A stretch of DNA of 64,000 nucleotides from Selaginella moellendorffii. Its lineage: Eukaryota > Plantae > Lycopodiophyta. Under the pieces are notes generated by a model that did no database searches, was not told the DNA's origin, and saw only the letters and a program-made list of their open reading frames with translations. Where the stretch lies: assembly GCF_000143415.4 (NCBI RefSeq), contig NW_003314345.1, positions 762,574 to 826,573 on the forward strand. The letters are read 5' to 3'. This document shows, piece after piece, positions 60,100 through 64,000 of the stretch; positions within the stretch are counted from its first letter, which is position 1; each line of letters begins with the position of its first letter. A program made the position numbers and the translations under genes.

Positions 60100-63000
60100 T
60101 CTCCTTCCTACAGAATGGCCAGACCTTGAGACAATGAACAGAAAGTTCCGCAAGAAGTTGTAATAAGAGGACTAACATTACTCAGAGCTTTTCTCTTTTC
60201 AGCAATGACACAATAAGAGTATGGCAGATTATGTCATCTGCTTCAAACATCACTGGAAGGCATGCCTTACTCAAAACCTCATAGAGGACAAGAAGCTAAT
60301 CATCTCTGCTTTCATCCAAAGTCTCAAGCCAATGATCCAGCACAAAGTTGCAAAGCGACAACACACAGCATGCACTAATGCCTTTGATCATGCCAAGGAG
60401 TTGGAGCGTGAATGCCTCCAGGACTTGGTCGTCCCAGTCAGCACTGAGGATGATCCTCCACCAACTTGTGCCACAGCTTGTAGTGTGCCAGCTGTTTCAG
60501 TTGAGGAGAAACTCCCACCCATGATCGTGAAGGCACTTGACAAACTCGTGACTTACAAGCAACTGATCCAGCAGCAACAACAGCAACAAGACAAGTTTAT
60601 AGAGGAGTTGAGGTCCCTCAAGCTCCAGTCTTAGGCCGCACAAGAGAGCAAGCCTTGTGAGCGATAATGGTGTATGCATTGCCAAATTTCGGCAGATAGC
60701 ACCGATTGTTGCTGGACATTGCATCCAGAGCAGCAATCACTGAGGACACAGCATGTCCAGAAACAACCTCTTGCTGACAATAGCTCAGTTCCAAAGTTTC
60801 CTTTCTCATTGAGCACTTGAGGCATTCGTCAAGAGAAAGTTATCTTGACAATCTGGATTGCTGAAGAGGAGCATGCACGTATTTCTGTCACCAGGGCTCA
60901 GAGGAAGAAGCTCACTTCTGCAGAGGAGCTTGATGGTTCCTAGAAACCAGCCCAGGCCAAAGGAAAAGTTGCTGCTTACAAGATTCCCTTTCTTGAGGTA
61001 TTTGCCACACCTGACACACCCTTGAAATGCAGACGTCTGGATCGGCTCTAATTTTTTATCAGGTCTAGCCAGGTATTTCTTCCACACTCATATGTGCCCG
61101 AGTCCCTTATGCAACAGTTGCTTGACACCAAATGTTCGGTTTCACTTGATGAACTTTTATGGAGTATTCCTGGATTCTCACAGCTACTTGAGGCATTTGC
61201 CAAGCATCAGACCAGCCCTTCAACTCCTGTACAAGGTCTCCCACAGTCAGTCCAGATTTTGGACTTGAAATCTTCCCCAGATCCCGGGGCATTCGTCACG
61301 AATGTTACAATTGGAGGATGTAATGCCGGAAAAGGCCTTCTCGACTCTGGTTCTTTGAAAAATGTGATTTCTTCTCACCTGGTGAAGGCTCTTTATCCTT
61401 CAGAAAAAACGACCGTGCTGCTCAAAACCTTTGTGAACCATACAGTGGTGCCCATGGGAGTTTGTCAAGACATCTTGATCCAAACTGATGGCATTTCAGC
61501 GTGTGCAGACTTCATTGTGGTCAACTTCTAGATGTGGCGTGACCAAGATTAGCGACAAGACAAATGAGGCAAATCTTTTCAACTCTTCTGGATACATACA
61601 ACAACAGAAGCACGTGTCTACAGTTGCATACAAGCTGAGGCCAATCAAGCACTTGAGGAGATCTCTCTGGAGATCATTCAAGACTCCACTTTTCCGGTCG
61701 TCCATTTCCTTCAATGCAGCATGATCATGCATGTCATGGGACTCTCGTCAATCCTTGATGATAGACAACTTAATTCTACCCCAGGGATCTCAAGGCAATG
61801 CCACTTTGATGCCTTGGATCCGATCACGAAGCAGCTGGACGCCACACTGCAATCAACACTTCATGACCTTCCGCCTTGGGACTCAGAGCCTGACTTAATA
61901 GCCATGAGTGACCACTTTCTTTCCAAGAGTTGGGAGTTCTCATCCCATAATGGCCACACGACAGCTTTTGGGGGTGGATAGGCGGCCGGCCTCTACAGCT
62001 CCAACCTTCATATACCAGATTCTTATGACCCAGCTCACGAACAGTGAACACAATGCTGGAGAGTCACCTCCCCTCATAGCCACGACCTCTCCTTCATTTG
62101 TCCAACATGATGATGACGATATCATCAGTCCAGCGCCACTCTTTCCTGAGGACACTCCAACTCACATAGCTTTCTTTGATGGTGCATTTTGCCCGAGAGC
62201 ACAGCAAGAAGGCATTGGCATATGAGAAAAACGTGTTCTCACCTTTCGTGCACTCTCCCAGCACTTTCAGTGAATGAGGCAGAGTACCTTGCTGTGATTA
62301 CTGCCATGGAGACAGCTCGAGATAGCCGCATCCACCACGTCAACTTTGTTGACTCATGGTACAGCAACTCAATGGGGAGTACGTGGTCAGGAAGGAGTGC
62401 CTCAGAGATCTCTGGCAGTGAGCAATGGATCTTCGACAACACTTTCATTTCATCACGTTCACAAATGTTCCTCATGGTGACAACTTTTGGGCAGACAAAC
62501 TTTCACATGAAGCTATATTTAAGATGCGAAGTGCTCTAGAAAACATCCAGTCAGTTTTCAACGTGGAAGCCATTCTAGTTTTGTCTTCACCCAAGCCCGA
62601 TCCTTGCTGCTGTGAGACACAACTGCTAGAAGATGACCACAACGTCTTCATCAGCAGCTCTCTTGACGATACCTCCAGGTCAGCCCTTCTTTCTCTCCTC
62701 CAGAGGTACCACGACATCTTTGCATGGGATTATTACCACCTTATGGGAGTCCCCTTGGAGGTCATCATGCACAAGATTGAGTTGGAGACTTCAGCCAAAC
62801 CGATCCATGACAAAATGTGACGTACAACCACACTCTTGCTGGCAATCAAAGAGGAAATGAGAAGCTCCTTGCTGCGGGTTTCATCTTCCCAGTTGAGCAT
62901 TTTGACTAGATTTCCAACATTGATCCAGTCTGTAAGAAGAATGGGAAATTCCACATCTAAGTCAACTTTTGGAGCCTCAATGACTTAACACTCAAGGATC

Positions 63001-64000
63001 GTTTCCTGACAACCAGCTCCAGCTTCATCCTCATGATCAAGAAAAGACATATTTCCACACGCCATGGGGTCTCTTCACATACAAGGTACTTCCATTTGGT
63101 TTGTGTAATGTAGGAGCTACTTTTCACAGCTTTGTCACATATGCTTTTCATGACCTCCTCGACTCCTCTCTTCAAGTTTACATGGAAGATCTTTGCTCAG
63201 CATCTCACTCTTTTGGAGATCATCTAGTTGGCTCACGTAAGGCCACGATGTTCCGAATGTTGCCCCAAAGTCCCAGGCTGTGAAAAGGAAGAGGAGCCGT
63301 CCTCTAGGGTAGTACCTCTATTATTAATTTTGTATTCTCATGTATCAAAGACATTTCAAATGTTCAAATTGCAGCAAATAGATGAGTGAGTTTTCCAGCA
63401 TTGCCACTTATATCGATTTCACTCAACCCTGGCAAGTGCAAGTTTGGAGTCACACAAGGGAGGCTGCTCGGTTTTGACATCTCGGCTTCACTCCCCATGC
63501 AGAGAAGTGCATAGAGATTCTTCAGAGTCCACCTCTGACATCACCTAAGATGCTCCAACGCTTCCTCAGCCAAGCTGGTTGCTTTTGACGCTTTATACTA
63601 GAGTTTGCTGCAATCATCTGTCCTTCTCAGCATCTCCTCAAGAAGGACACGCCTTTCCAGTGGACTGGCAAACAACAACAAGCTTTCGAGGTGATCCAGT
63701 CCCTTCTTTGACAACTACTTATTCTCCAACCACCAATTCTTGGAGATCCCTTCAAGATTTTCATCACCATTGGAGCTGAAGCTTTTGGAGCATGTTTTTT
63801 GTCAACGAAAGGAGCCAGAGGACCCACTACATGCTGTCTAATTTGTCTCACATTCATTCAAGGTTTCAGAGCAGCAATACCTCAAGCTCAAGAAGGAAGC
63901 TGTGGTAGTAGTCTGCACATTATGATGTTTCTGCCACCTTTTATTTGGAGCCCATATCCACGTCCATGTCTCCTCCAATGTATTGACTTTACTTTTACAG
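60100..64000 (+). mobile_element. Degenerate Ty3/Gypsy Tat-lineage retrotransposon (gag, protease, extra RNase H, RT, RNase H); runs off the window
   Basis: gag-like 60221, LLDSGS protease 61094, IAFFDGA..NEAEYLAVI RNase H at about 62160-62520, YHDIFAWDY..HKIEL and VYMEDL RT, then RH. Many stops and frameshifts. 5' boundary not found. Confidence 0.82.
63230..63315 (+). repeat. About 85-bp diverged fragment of the nested element's LTR family inside the Tat RT
   Basis: GGCTCACGTAAGGCCACGATGTTCCG..AAAGGAAGAGGAGC.GTCCT..GGGTAGT matches 8991-9075. Confidence 0.8.

Noticed and set aside
57700-60100. Possible 5' LTR and leader of the Tat element
   Set aside because: No partner LTR in the window and no clear PBS, so boundaries cannot be supported.

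Overview
Compact plant nuclear DNA with 50-70 bp introns, PLS-class PPR genes and a Tat gypsy whose extra RNase H precedes RT. These traits fit a lycophyte such as Selaginella (inference, not database-checked). Left third: a partial PPR gene and an intact G-type lectin receptor kinase. A young Copia element (140-bp identical LTRs, ATCCT TSD) sits in the kinase's upstream region and is itself split by a 7.5-kb non-autonomous LTR element (1,721-bp LTRs, CGTGC TSD). That element's 4-kb internal domain has no long ORF, is almost continuous short hairpins, and carries a 27-nt copy of the 5' end of initiator tRNA-Met plus two tandem tRNA T-arm/B-box hairpins. Middle: a duplication-rich block with a truncated kinase copy, an LPR1-like multicopper oxidase and fragments, one intact and two broken BAHD acyltransferases, and a PP2C copy with an internal inversion. 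Then AVT1-like transporter, PP2C-D, MOS11-like, a predicted 89-aa three-exon orphan gene, a second PPR, an HSP20-like gene, a plastid TPR protein, a secreted B-lectin with a possible Cys-less Gnk2-like domain, and RCC1 and TAD1 relics. Right: beta-carotene hydroxylase directly followed by a divergent violaxanthin de-epoxidase lacking its acidic tail, then a degenerate Tat gypsy. Best candidates for something new: the structured, tRNA-fragment-carrying non-coding LTR element and the tight BCH-VDE pair. Exon boundaries were read by eye.
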